A DNA stretch of 64,000 nucleotides from a virus (Duplodnaviria; Caudoviricetes): positions 109,247 through 173,246 of the IMG/VR virus record IMGVR_UViG_3300032219_002227, one strand, 5' to 3'. Each line of letters starts with the position of its first letter. Positions within the stretch are counted from its first letter, which is position 1. This document shows positions 49,284 to 59,780 of this stretch, piece by piece. The notes under the pieces are model-generated. The model did no database searches and was not told the origin of the DNA. It saw only the letters and a program-made list of their open reading frames with translations. The position numbers were made by a program, and so were the translations under genes.

Positions 49284-49319
49284 CTGCGTATATTTATATA
49301 TATAAAAATAAAATAGTTT

Positions 49320-50057
49320 ATGGCCGAATTAAAAATCCCAACAGAAACAGTTTCGTTACCTTCAAAAGGATTATTGTATCCCGAGACATCACCACTCGCT
49401 AAAGGTGAAATTGAAATGAAATATATGACAGCAAGAGAAGAAGATATTCTTACTAATGCTAACTATATTCGTCAAGGTACTGTAATTGATAAGTTACTCC
49501 AATCATTAATTATTACATCAATCGATTATAATGAATTATTAATTGGTGATAAAAACGCAATTATCATCGCAGCTCGTGTTTTAGGTTATGGTAAAGATTA
49601 TAAATTTAATTATGGGGGAAAAGAATACACAGCAGATTTATCTAAATTAGAAGATAAAAAAGTTGATTATTCATTATTTAAAAGAGGAATGAATGAATTT
49701 TCATTTACTCTACCTCAATCAGGTAATAATGTTACTTTTAAGTTACTTACTCATGGTGATGAACAAAAAATAGAAGCTGAAATTAAAGGCTTACAAAAAA
49801 TTAATCCTAATTCATCTCCAGATCTTACTACTCGTTTAAAATATATGATTACCTCAGTTGAAGGTAGACGTGAACAAAAAGATATTCGTGATTTTGTTGA
49901 TAATTATTTATTAGCTCAAGATTCAAGAGCATTACGTAAATACTACAACGAAATAACACCAGATGTAGATACAATTCATTATCCTGAAGGCGATGACTAT
50001 ACAGAGGAGGGTATAGATATTCCGGTATCTATTAACTTTTTTTGGCCTGACGCCTAG
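49320..50057 (+). CDS. gp26-like baseplate hub / tail assembly chaperone
   Basis: LPSKGLLY, MTAREEDIL, GDKNAI..AR..GYG, ends NFFWPDA; lies between tube and tape measure. Confidence 0.8.
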   Translation: MAELKIPTETVSLPSKGLLYPETSPLAKGEIEMKYMTAREEDILTNANYIRQGTVIDKLLQSLIITSIDYNELLIGDKNAIIIAARVLGYGKDYKFNYGGKEYTADLSKLEDKKVDYSLFKRGMNEFSFTLPQSGNNVTFKLLTHGDEQKIEAEIKGLQKINPNSSPDLTTRLKYMITSVEGRREQKDIRDFVDNYLLAQDSRALRKYYNEITPDVDTIHYPEGDDYTEEGIDIPVSINFFWPDA

Positions 50058-50325
50058 TTATAGACTGCAGTTATTTTCTCAAATACATGAAATAGTATTT
50101 CATGGAAATGGTGGGTATGATTGGAATACTATATATAATATGCCCATATGGTTGCGTAGATTTACGTTTGAAACATTAAAGGAGCATTATGAAAAACAAA
50201 GAGAAGAAGCAGAAAAACAACAAAATCTATTAAGAAATACAGCACCCAATGAAATAGCACGACCAAATGTATCTTCTGCTAATACTAAAAAACCCACATA
50301 TGTAGCTAAAGCGCCCAAGAAATAG
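50041..50325 (+). CDS. Frameshift-accessed extension of the tail chaperone (gp51/GT-like)
   Basis: The +1 frame is open across the T7 run and reads FGLTPSYRLQLFSQIHEIVFHGNGGYDWNTIYNMPIWLRRF; no ATG before 50140. Confidence 0.65.
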   Translation, partial: FGLTPSYRLQLFSQIHEIVFHGNGGYDWNTIYNMPIWLRRFTFETLKEHYEKQREEAEKQQNLLRNTAPNEIARPNVSSANTKKPTYVAKAPKK

Positions 50326-50334
50326 GGCGCTTTA
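50307..50334 (+). terminator. Terminator-like hairpin before the tape measure gene
   Basis: TAAAGCGCCC-aagaaata-GGGCGCTTTA. Confidence 0.65.
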
Positions 50335-50360
50335 ATATTTATACGTAGTATTGTTTACTT

Positions 50361-53210
50361 ATGGATCCTAAAGAACAATTAGAACAACTCAGAAAACAGA
50401 TAGATGATCTTAACAGACGAGTAGCATCGTTAGGAGGATCATTTTTTAAAGATGTAGACCAAGCTATAGCTAGTTTTGGAGGCGGTGTTGCTGGAGCAGA
50501 AGCTGCTTTAAAGTCTATTAGAAAAGAAATGAGTGGTTTAGATACTGATACTAACTACTTTTATGAATCGTTAAAAAGAGTAACAGGGGAATTAAAAGGA
50601 CAAAAAAGTTTTAATAGAGATATAACTGCTTCTTATTCTAAATTATCATCTATAGCAGGCAAATTAAAATTTGACCAGGATGGTATATCAGAATTATCTA
50701 AAAAAGATCTTGATACAATCAAGAAAAAAATTGGTGCTCAACGTACTGAATTACAAGAATCTTTAAAACTAAATCAAGAATCTTTAGCAGCATCTATAAT
50801 AGAAGAACAAAATTTACAAGCTAGATATGATAGATTAGTAGCAATAGAAAAACAACAAGGTTACTTAACAGCATCACAGCAGAAACAAGCTGATACTTTA
50901 ATAAATTTAATATCTAAAGAAGAAAGTCTACAGAAAAAAATAGCTCAAGCAAACGCAGAAGTATTAAACTTTTTAGACGATGAAGAAATTGGTTTACGCA
51001 AATTAGAGCAAGTTACTGAAGAAAGACTTGCTACAGAAAAGAAAATTCAAAAAACTTTAGGATTTACTGGACAAATAACAGACGGTATTGTAGGTTCTTT
51101 AGGTAAATTGGGAATTAGTAGTGGTTTCTTTGAGGATCTCAAAGATGATATGAGAGATGTTGCTAAATCTGGAGACAAATGGGCAGTTGTATCTACAGCA
51201 ACTAAAGGTATATTTAAAGGCATAGGAGAAGCTCTTAGAGATCCAATTACTCAGCTTGGTATTATTATAAAACTAGCTAATTTCTTCTTTAAAGCAGCTC
51301 TAACTGCAAACGCTCAATCTGTAGAATTAGGAAAATCTTTAGGATATGGTGCTGAACGAGCCGATGAGTTTAGAGAAAAATTAGTAGGAATAGAAAGTGC
51401 TTCAAATAATTTAAATGTTAATACTGCCAACTTAACAGAAGCGTTTGGACAATTAACCGAAGCAACAGGATTTGCTTATGAATTTACAGCAGATCAACTT
51501 GAAACACAAATTAAATTAACTAAACAAGTTGGTTTAACAGCAGATGAAGCTGCTCAAGTACAAAGATTTTCAGTTTTAACTGGTAAATCCTCAGAACAAA
51601 CATATAAAAGCTTTGTTAAAGGATTAAATACTACTGCTAACCAACTTAAAGTTGGAATTAATTTTAAAGCCACATTAGCAGAAGCAGTAAAAGTATCAGG
51701 ACAGTTAGCAGCTAACTTAGGATTTAACCCAGAACGAATTTCTAAAGCAATAGTAACTGCTAAAGCATTTGGAATGACTTTAGAACAAGTTGCTAAAGCA
51801 GGTGAATCGCTTCTTAATTTTGAAACATCAATTGATAACGAGTTAAAAGCTGAATTATTAACTGGTAAACAACTTAATCTAGAAAGAGCTAGAGCAGCCG
51901 CTTTAGCTGGTGATCAAGCTACATTAGCTGAGGAATTAGCTAAAAATATAGGAACCGCTAGAGATTTTACTAAAATGAATGTGTTACAACAGAAAGCATT
52001 AGCTGAATCTGTTGGAATGACAGCTGATGAGCTTGCTAATACATTAAGGAAAAGAGAAGAAGCTATTGCTAGTGGAAAAACAATGGCTCAAATAACAGAA
52101 GAAGAAAGGATAGAGGCACTTGAAAGACAAAACATACAAGATAAGTTCAATGCTGCTATGCTTAAATTACAAAGCATAATTGGTAATTTACTAGCAGGAC
52201 CTCTTGGGTCATTTGTAGATTCATTAGCTAGTGGTTTAGATACTGTAGCTAAAATATTTGGCTACTTTGGTAAAATAGGATCTTTTATTAAAAGCATTCC
52301 TGGATTAGGAGGATTATTAGGTGGAATTGCTTCTGTAGCTACAATTGGTACTTTAATAGCATTGGTTGCTAAATCAATGACTAAAGGTACTATTTTAAAT
52401 CCAATGGTTACAAAAGATATTAGTGCTGCTGGTGGTGGGGGTGGTTTAGGAGATTTATTAGGTGGAAAAGAAGGAAGTGTAACTAAAAGTAGAGGTGGAG
52501 TTTTTGGAAGATTAAAACAAGCATATAAGGGAGGAGGAATAAAAGGTGCTGGGAAATCATTATCAAGAATGGTTAAACCTGGTAAATTAGTTAAAGGAGC
52601 AGGTAAACTTTTAGGAAAAGCATCTGTTGGTGGTATATTAGGAGGTATGGCTTTAGATTATGGAGCTGAAAAAGCAGCCGAAGCTGGAAATAAAAATTTA
52701 GCTAAAGGATTAGGAGTAGGTAGTAGTGCATTAGGTGGAGCTGGTATAGGAGCAATGATAGGAAGTATTATACCTGGTATAGGTACAGCAATCGGAGCCG
52801 GCGTTGGTGGATTAATAGGAGGTTTAGGTGCTTTACTTTCAGACGATAAAGAAGAGGAAGAAGTACAAGAAGTAGAAGATGGAATTACATCTGCAAGTAA
52901 TGGACCATTCAAAATTAAAGATAAATTTGGAAAAATGGCCATCACTAAACAAGGTGATAGATTAGCCGTTTCCCCGAATGTTAGTACAGTTCCCGCAAAT
53001 GGTTTTGATTCAATAACCGCTGCTGTTGATAAAATAAAAAATATATCTTTAAATAACAATACGCCTGCATTAGATATTAACCCAATGATATCAGCTATTG
53101 ATAAAGTAACAGCAGCTATTGATAAGTTATATGGTAAAGATACATCTATTAATATGGATAGTAAACAAGTTGGTTCATTATTAGTCCAAGGTTCACGTAA
53201 ATTTGCCTAA
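50361..53210 (+). CDS. Tape measure protein
   Basis: 949 aa helical, Ala/Lys-rich; LLNFETSI..EL.AELLTGK.LNLERAR; C-terminal glycine zipper; synteny. Confidence 0.85.
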   Translation: MDPKEQLEQLRKQIDDLNRRVASLGGSFFKDVDQAIASFGGGVAGAEAALKSIRKEMSGLDTDTNYFYESLKRVTGELKGQKSFNRDITASYSKLSSIAGKLKFDQDGISELSKKDLDTIKKKIGAQRTELQESLKLNQESLAASIIEEQNLQARYDRLVAIEKQQGYLTASQQKQADTLINLISKEESLQKKIAQANAEVLNFLDDEEIGLRKLEQVTEERLATEKKIQKTLGFTGQITDGIVGSLGKLGISSGFFEDLKDDMRDVAKSGDKWAVVSTATKGIFKGIGEALRDPITQLGIIIKLANFFFKAALTANAQSVELGKSLGYGAERADEFREKLVGIESASNNLNVNTANLTEAFGQLTEATGFAYEFTADQLETQIKLTKQVGLTADEAAQVQRFSVLTGKSSEQTYKSFVKGLNTTANQLKVGINFKATLAEAVKVSGQLAANLGFNPERISKAIVTAKAFGMTLEQVAKAGESLLNFETSIDNELKAELLTGKQLNLERARAAALAGDQATLAEELAKNIGTARDFTKMNVLQQKALAESVGMTADELANTLRKREEAIASGKTMAQITEEERIEALERQNIQDKFNAAMLKLQSIIGNLLAGPLGSFVDSLASGLDTVAKIFGYFGKIGSFIKSIPGLGGLLGGIASVATIGTLIALVAKSMTKGTILNPMVTKDISAAGGGGGLGDLLGGKEGSVTKSRGGVFGRLKQAYKGGGIKGAGKSLSRMVKPGKLVKGAGKLLGKASVGGILGGMALDYGAEKAAEAGNKNLAKGLGVGSSALGGAGIGAMIGSIIPGIGTAIGAGVGGLIGGLGALLSDDKEEEEVQEVEDGITSASNGPFKIKDKFGKMAITKQGDRLAVSPNVSTVPANGFDSITAAVDKIKNISLNNNTPALDINPMISAIDKVTAAIDKLYGKDTSINMDSKQVGSLLVQGSRKFA

Positions 53211-53239
53211 TTTTTAATATTTATACTAAACGATAAACC

Positions 53240-53542
53240 ATGGCCTTATTAAGTAAATTAAAAGACAGTATTTTAGGATTAGGTGGAAATAAACCACCAC
53301 AATTTGGTGTTGACCCTGTTCCTCCAGGCACATTACATAACTTATATTCAGTTGATGGAAACCCTGATGTAAGATGGAGAACAAGTAATGGTAATTTAGG
53401 TATAAAACCACAACCATCAACAATAGATGAATTAGATCCTATTGCCCCTAACCTTAAACCAGTTGGAGTTGTATCACAAGTATACAAATCTAAATCAGGT
53501 CGTCGCTACAAAGATTTGGGTCCTACTGAAGGACGTTATTAA
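53240..53542 (+). CDS. Hypothetical tail/baseplate-associated protein
   Basis: 100 aa ORF after a late box. Confidence 0.6.
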   Translation: MALLSKLKDSILGLGGNKPPQFGVDPVPPGTLHNLYSVDGNPDVRWRTSNGNLGIKPQPSTIDELDPIAPNLKPVGVVSQVYKSKSGRRYKDLGPTEGRY

Positions 53543-53548
53543 TATATT

Positions 53549-56092
53549 ATGCCCCTACTCGACTTAAAAACGAACTTAAAATCACTTAAGTACGGACAAG
53601 ATCAACCAGGAGGAGGCAGTAGCGGACAACCATATCAACAAGTAGATATTAATACAGTTGATATTGGCTTTAACCGTTTTCGAATGACTAAATTCGATGA
53701 TGGATTAGTTAGAGGAGGAGTTGTAGGTGCTGCTAATGCTTCAATTGTTGATACTTTTCGTATAGGGAAATTTCTTACGGACTTTCCAAAAGGTCCTTTA
53801 TTTATTGTTAAACAAATTGGATTACAATTATCTAATCCAAAGCTAGAATTTAAAAAACTTAATACTGATAACCCAACATCGGGACAAGGATTTTTAAGTA
53901 ACGTAGGGAATCTTATCGCTAATACAGCAAATAAAATAGTAAATGCTGTAGGACCTACTCGCATATATAACTTAGGAATTAATACCTTAGCTCAAGTACC
54001 CGTTAATGCTTTTGGACAACATATAGTAAGACATGGTCTTCTTCCTAGAATGGATGATAATACTAAATATTTAGCTGTTGCTGAAGCAAATAATCAAGGA
54101 GTAAATGCACCTAATAATAGATTAGTAGGATTAAAAACTAGGTTTAGACTTGGTGATATGAAATCAAGTACTAATCCTCAATTTTACACTAATGCTCAAA
54201 GAAGAGCTGCTGGACAAGCTACATCAGGCTTATTTTTACGAGTAGGTATTATTACTAAACCTAAACCAATAGGATTTCTTAATGTTAATGGTGAATTAGC
54301 AATAGATAGATATATAGGTGGTGCTCAATCAGTATATGGTATAGGTAATACTACTATATTAAGAAGAGCATTTACTGAAGATGCTACTAAAATAGACGTT
54401 GCTTTTAAACAAAGTAAAATATGGGCTGGTAAATCTCATTTAGATCAGGGTCCAACTGAAATACAACTTATTGGAAATAATATTTTACATCCTATTTCTT
54501 CTAATTATACTGGATCTGATTTTTATAAATCAGGCAAAGAACTATTTGATGGTAAGCTTTTATTTAAATCTAATTTAAACCTTAATATAGGAAGTGAAAG
54601 TGATATTCAAACTAGTTTACTAGATGGTGATTCTAGACTTAAAGATTCTTTAGCTAGTCAAAGAATAAATAGTTTTTTACAAGTATCTAATAAACAATCA
54701 TCTAGACTTGCTGAAAATTTCTTTTTAAAAGACTTTAAACCTATTATTAGTGGATCTGGATCTCTTAATAGACAGGGGTTATATGATTATAATATATTTA
54801 ATAATTCTACTCCTGATGTTCTAATCAATAACACAAAAAAAAGAACAACTAGTTATACACAAATTAATAATGAAATCCGCTCAGGTTCATTTTCTGGATT
54901 TAGTAATTATTCTGGATCTGCTTTTGCTTCTTTAAAGTTTAGTAGTGATATTAAAGACACCCCATTAGGGTTAAATGATATAGATAAACTATCTATATAC
55001 TCTGGATCTAATACATGGATTCCAATACATAAAGATGGAAATCAAGATCATTCTTTATCCTTACTATCTGATTTAGGTAAAGGAAACGAATCTATTTCTA
55101 AATACTCTGGAGTAGTATCTGATGAATTTAGTATAGCAACCGGTATTGATAAGTCAGCTATTGGATCTGTAAAAACATATGCTAAATTATTAGAAAGAAT
55201 TGAAGGTAATAAGTTTAGAGGTAAGGTTAAAGTTGATGGAATTGATCAAAATGTAAATAGTTTTAATATATATGGTGATACTAAATTAAAAAGAACTGGT
55301 GATTTTTCAACATACAACCCAGTATCTACTGATATTCCTGTTTATTATAATGGAAAATCTGTAGTAAAAATTAATATACCTTGGGATAAAGTTAATCGTG
55401 AAAATAGAGTAGGTAGTGGATTACAAGATCAAATTAATCTAACACCATTGTTTGAAAATGCAACAGGCACAATGGGAGATAAAGTAACTATAGGGGGAAA
55501 ACCATATAATATAAGAGATTTAGTAAAATTTAGAATCCAATCAGTAAACTATGACAACCCAGGTTTAGGTAAATGGATGATATTTAGAGCATATTTAACC
55601 CAATTTTCTGACGGAGTAAATGCTCAATGGAATGATATTAAATATGCAGGTAGAGGTGATAAATTCTATATATATGATGGATTTACTCGTTCCGTAAATA
55701 TTGGATTTAAAGTAGCAGCATTATCCGCTCAAGAAATGCAACCAATGTATCAGAAATTAAATTATTTAATGGGTAATTTAATGGGTAGCTATGAAAATAA
55801 TGTTTTACATGGTGCATTAGTTAAAATGACTGTTGGTAACTGGTTTGATGGACAAGATGGTATATTAAATAGTTTAACATATACTGTTCCTCAAGAATCA
55901 CCTTGGGAAATAGCTATTAATGATACTGAATTAATATTACCTCATATTGTAGATGTTCAAATGACATTTACGCCTATTGGTTCTCAAACTAAGGGTGTTA
56001 ATAAGATATCTGAGAAAAATTCTGAGACATCTCATATAGCACAAAATATTAATGATATTCAATATGCCACTAAATTTTCTAAAGTAGGATAA
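53549..56092 (+). CDS. Baseplate protein with C-terminal tube-initiator-like domain
   Basis: C-terminal FRAYLTQFSD..W..IKYAGR..FYIYDGFTR..F.V..KLNYL..PWEI pattern. Confidence 0.6.
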   Translation: MPLLDLKTNLKSLKYGQDQPGGGSSGQPYQQVDINTVDIGFNRFRMTKFDDGLVRGGVVGAANASIVDTFRIGKFLTDFPKGPLFIVKQIGLQLSNPKLEFKKLNTDNPTSGQGFLSNVGNLIANTANKIVNAVGPTRIYNLGINTLAQVPVNAFGQHIVRHGLLPRMDDNTKYLAVAEANNQGVNAPNNRLVGLKTRFRLGDMKSSTNPQFYTNAQRRAAGQATSGLFLRVGIITKPKPIGFLNVNGELAIDRYIGGAQSVYGIGNTTILRRAFTEDATKIDVAFKQSKIWAGKSHLDQGPTEIQLIGNNILHPISSNYTGSDFYKSGKELFDGKLLFKSNLNLNIGSESDIQTSLLDGDSRLKDSLASQRINSFLQVSNKQSSRLAENFFLKDFKPIISGSGSLNRQGLYDYNIFNNSTPDVLINNTKKRTTSYTQINNEIRSGSFSGFSNYSGSAFASLKFSSDIKDTPLGLNDIDKLSIYSGSNTWIPIHKDGNQDHSLSLLSDLGKGNESISKYSGVVSDEFSIATGIDKSAIGSVKTYAKLLERIEGNKFRGKVKVDGIDQNVNSFNIYGDTKLKRTGDFSTYNPVSTDIPVYYNGKSVVKINIPWDKVNRENRVGSGLQDQINLTPLFENATGTMGDKVTIGGKPYNIRDLVKFRIQSVNYDNPGLGKWMIFRAYLTQFSDGVNAQWNDIKYAGRGDKFYIYDGFTRSVNIGFKVAALSAQEMQPMYQKLNYLMGNLMGSYENNVLHGALVKMTVGNWFDGQDGILNSLTYTVPQESPWEIAINDTELILPHIVDVQMTFTPIGSQTKGVNKISEKNSETSHIAQNINDIQYATKFSKVG

Positions 56093-56093
56093 T

Positions 56094-56399
56094 ATGACAC
56101 GTTACGAAGATACACCTGTACTAACAACAATTGATTATAATCCATATTATAAAGGAAAATATTATCCTAATATTCCATTATCAGAATCGGATATATATGT
56201 TATTACTACAGTAGGAGATAGACTTGATTCATTAGCTTATAGTTATTATAATGATGCTACTTTATGGTGGGTGATTGCAGCAGCAAACAATAATGCTACT
56301 AAAGGAGCCTTATATCCAGCCCCAGGTACTCAATTAAGAATACCAACTGAAATAAATAGGGTATTACAACAAATTAATAATTTTAATCAAGTTAGATAA
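56094..56399 (+). CDS. LysM-like baseplate wedge protein (gp53/tail X-like)
   Basis: GDRLDSLAYSYYNDATLWWVIAAAN..PGTQLRIP. Confidence 0.85.
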   Translation: MTRYEDTPVLTTIDYNPYYKGKYYPNIPLSESDIYVITTVGDRLDSLAYSYYNDATLWWVIAAANNNATKGALYPAPGTQLRIPTEINRVLQQINNFNQVR

Positions 56400-56404
56400 A
56401 TGTT

Positions 56405-59212
56405 ATGTCAATATTTAAAGATACATTCCCAGACGGTGTTAGATACCAAATAAAAGCCAGACAAGAGGCTATAAATGAACGTACTCCTAGCAGTATACAT
56501 TACTATAACTCTCGTACAGCTTGGATTAGAATGACTTCTGCTGTAGACGTAGGAGGAGATAATGGTACTTTAGCTAAATCTTATGTTTTATTAGGAGGTA
56601 CATTATACAATAATCAACTAAAATCAGGAGTAGGAACAACTCCAGCAAGTGCTTATAGTACAGTTACTCCTGCTGGAAATCCTAATAGGTTAGGTATTAG
56701 ACCAATGCCTGGTATTACATCTCTTGATGTTAAATCTAGAGGTGCTTATGGTTCTTTAAGAGACGTAACTGTTAATTTTCAATGTTGGGATATTAGACAG
56801 CTAGAAGAATTAGAATTACTTTATATGCGCCCTGGTTATTCTGCCTTAGTAGAATGGGGATGGACTCCTTACTTAAATAATAGTAAAGGACTAGAACAAA
56901 ATGTTCCTTTTGAAGATATATTAACAAAAGGAAAAACTAAAGAACAAATTTGGAAAAATATCTTTGAAAAAGCTTCTAAAAGTGGTAATTATGAAGGCCA
57001 TTATGGTATTATAAAAAACTACAGCTGGGCTGCTCGTCCTGATGGAGGTTATGATTGTTCTACTACTCTTATTTCAATAGGTGAAATATTAGAATCATTA
57101 AAAGTAAATTTCGGAACAACTACTACTCAAGCTGCTACTGCTGGAACTTTTAATGTATTAGATGTTAGTTATTTTGGGAAAGATACATTAATTACTAAAG
57201 CATATAGTGAAAATATTATAGCAGGTATTTGTGCTGAATTACATGAAATTGGAGTTAAAAATATTACTACTTCTAAAACTGAAGGAAAACTAAATAATTA
57301 TACTCTTTTTAGATACGATGTTGAAGTATCAGGAAAATCAGAAGGGGATAAGAATATTGTATCCGATGCAGCTCAAATATATATTCCATTAAAAGATTTC
57401 CTACAGATATTAAACGATAAAGTAATACTAAAAGATTCTAATAGTGGAAAACCTATCCCTGAACTTTCAGTAAATTGTGGTGCTCACAATGGAGGCGAAA
57501 ATACTCCACTACTATGTCTAGGAGATATACATCAAATATCAACAGACCCTACCATATGCTTAATCAAAAATCCAGCATGGGAAAATCCACAAAATTTAGG
57601 ATTAGACGATATAGCTTCTACTAGTGATTATACTACTATAAAAGAAATTATAACTGCTTTATCTCAACCCTACTGGCAAGATGATTGGAAAAAAAGTCAA
57701 TTAGCTATTATAGGAAATATTTACATAAATGTAGCTTATATATATTCTATTGCTACTAGTGTTAATGTTGAATCACAAGATAAAAAAGAAAAAAACGATA
57801 TAGCTTTATTTGATTTCCTTAAAACACTAATGGCAGGTGTATCTACTGCAATAGGAAATGCTTCTAATTTTGATATATTTTTAGATTCTACAGATGGAAA
57901 AGCTAGAATTATTGATATAAATTATACTGGTAATAAAGATGAAGATTGGAAAAAAGTAACTGAAGTACCAATAGAATTACAAAATACTAAATCTATAGTT
58001 AGGTCATATAAGCTAGAATCACAAATATATCCTGAACAAACCGCTATAATAGCAATTGGTGCTCAAGCACAAGGAGGAGCTTTAGCAGCTGATGTCAATA
58101 CATTAATTGACTTCAATCAGAATCTAATAGATAGAATCATGCCTGAAAAAAAGGATGCTAGTGATACTAGTAATTCTCCTAATTATGATGAAGCAGAAAT
58201 AAAAGAAAAAGTTCAAAATCTAAAAAATAATTTATCTATACTAGTTCAATATATTGTTGATTTAAAACCAAACATTCTTGAAAGAATATTTCAAAGTGGA
58301 CGAGGTGATTTTGATGCTGCTGAAGCATCTAAATACTCTAATGCTTTAAAAGATGTAATTAATTATTATAGAACTTTTACTGATGTTGATACTAAAAATA
58401 GATCTATTATCCCTACTAAATTATCTCTTACTATAGATGGTATAGGCGGAATGATAATAGGAAATCTATTTAAAATACCAGATGAATTACTTCCTAGAGG
58501 ATATAGAGGAGGAGGAGCAGGCCCTAAAAAATTAGCATATACCGTTAATGGTCTAAATCATTCAGTTCAAAATAATGATTGGACTACTAATATAGAAAGT
58601 CAATTTATAATTTTAGATGAAGCAACAGGACCAATTCCTATAGGAGATTATAACGCTATAAAAGCAATAAATAAAGCCGCTACTTCTCAAAATACAACAA
58701 CAGCAACTAACGTGGTTAATCAAGAAAAAAATAAAGCAAACATAAAAGCAGACCCGGGAGATAAAAGTATTGTATCTAAATACGGAGAAATAGGAGATAC
58801 AAGTCAATTAACAACTTTAACTTTCCCTTATCCTATGTATTATGGAGGAAAGTTAGTTAAAACAACTACCGTTCATAAGTTAGCTAAAAATGATTTAGAA
58901 GCTATACTTAAAGAAATTTTAACAACATTTGGTCTAAAAAGAATTAAAGAATTAAAATTAGATCAATTTGATGGATTATATAATGTTAGAAATAAAAGAG
59001 GAGGCTCAACACCTTCTATCCATTCCTGGGCTATTGCAATTGATATAAATGCTGCAGATAATTCTTTAGGAGCTAGAACAGGTACTGCTCTATTCTCAAA
59101 ACCCGAGTATAAAAAATTTGTAGACATTTGGTATAAACATAATTGGAAAAGTTTTGGTAGAGAATTAGGATATGATTGGATGCATTTTCAAGTAAAAGAC
59201 GCACATTTTTAA
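56405..59212 (+). CDS. Baseplate hub-like protein with C-terminal M15 Zn-peptidase (peptidoglycan hydrolase)
   Basis: N-terminal RPMPGITS, LYMRPG..VEWGW; C-terminal R..RGG..SIHSWAIAIDIN..DWMHFQ. Confidence 0.78.
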   Translation: MSIFKDTFPDGVRYQIKARQEAINERTPSSIHYYNSRTAWIRMTSAVDVGGDNGTLAKSYVLLGGTLYNNQLKSGVGTTPASAYSTVTPAGNPNRLGIRPMPGITSLDVKSRGAYGSLRDVTVNFQCWDIRQLEELELLYMRPGYSALVEWGWTPYLNNSKGLEQNVPFEDILTKGKTKEQIWKNIFEKASKSGNYEGHYGIIKNYSWAARPDGGYDCSTTLISIGEILESLKVNFGTTTTQAATAGTFNVLDVSYFGKDTLITKAYSENIIAGICAELHEIGVKNITTSKTEGKLNNYTLFRYDVEVSGKSEGDKNIVSDAAQIYIPLKDFLQILNDKVILKDSNSGKPIPELSVNCGAHNGGENTPLLCLGDIHQISTDPTICLIKNPAWENPQNLGLDDIASTSDYTTIKEIITALSQPYWQDDWKKSQLAIIGNIYINVAYIYSIATSVNVESQDKKEKNDIALFDFLKTLMAGVSTAIGNASNFDIFLDSTDGKARIIDINYTGNKDEDWKKVTEVPIELQNTKSIVRSYKLESQIYPEQTAIIAIGAQAQGGALAADVNTLIDFNQNLIDRIMPEKKDASDTSNSPNYDEAEIKEKVQNLKNNLSILVQYIVDLKPNILERIFQSGRGDFDAAEASKYSNALKDVINYYRTFTDVDTKNRSIIPTKLSLTIDGIGGMIIGNLFKIPDELLPRGYRGGGAGPKKLAYTVNGLNHSVQNNDWTTNIESQFIILDEATGPIPIGDYNAIKAINKAATSQNTTTATNVVNQEKNKANIKADPGDKSIVSKYGEIGDTSQLTTLTFPYPMYYGGKLVKTTTVHKLAKNDLEAILKEILTTFGLKRIKELKLDQFDGLYNVRNKRGGSTPSIHSWAIAIDINAADNSLGARTGTALFSKPEYKKFVDIWYKHNWKSFGRELGYDWMHFQVKDAHF

Positions 59213-59214
59213 GT

Positions 59215-59727
59215 ATGAAAGTACCATCAAACATAATACAAACAGGCAAATATACTATTGGTAAGGAATTTATTGATAAAAAAACACATAAACCTTATCA
59301 AGGATATTACTACGAAATAAGCAATGGATTCTTTGCAGGAAAAGAATTCAATGTTAATGCTCCTGAACTTATAAAAGTACAATCAGATAAAGTAAATAAT
59401 TTACTTCTTCAAGCTGCTACTTATACTTTTGGTCTACTATCTAAAGTTAAAATATCTAGTACCGCTCCTATTCCTTCTATTATTAGCAAAGGAGATATTA
59501 ATGGAAAAATAAGATATTTTTCTAAAAAAATTAATACTACTCCTGTAGTAATAAAAGAAATAACTAAAGAAACATTTAATGACTATCAAAAAAATCCTTT
59601 ATACCAAACAGTTAGTATTACTTTCCCTGAAGGTGGATATTTTGGAAATCAACAAAGTCTAGATGATGCTGATAAGCAAATGCCTGGTATAAAAACATTT
59701 ATTTTAAGTGAACTTCCTCCAGATTAA
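59215..59727 (+). CDS. Hypothetical protein
   Basis: YTIGKEF..Y.GYYY; ATG 59215 directly after the hub stop. Confidence 0.6.
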   Translation: MKVPSNIIQTGKYTIGKEFIDKKTHKPYQGYYYEISNGFFAGKEFNVNAPELIKVQSDKVNNLLLQAATYTFGLLSKVKISSTAPIPSIISKGDINGKIRYFSKKINTTPVVIKEITKETFNDYQKNPLYQTVSITFPEGGYFGNQQSLDDADKQMPGIKTFILSELPPD

Positions 59728-59780
59728 AGTTTTTTAGTCTAGGAATTTATATTATATTTAGATTATAAAGGTTATATACT

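Noticed and set aside
50055-50063. Stop-codon readthrough or TAG recoding as the way to extend ORF 49320
   Set aside because: A second in-frame TAG follows two codons later. Other genes end cleanly at TAG, and long ORFs are intact under the standard code.
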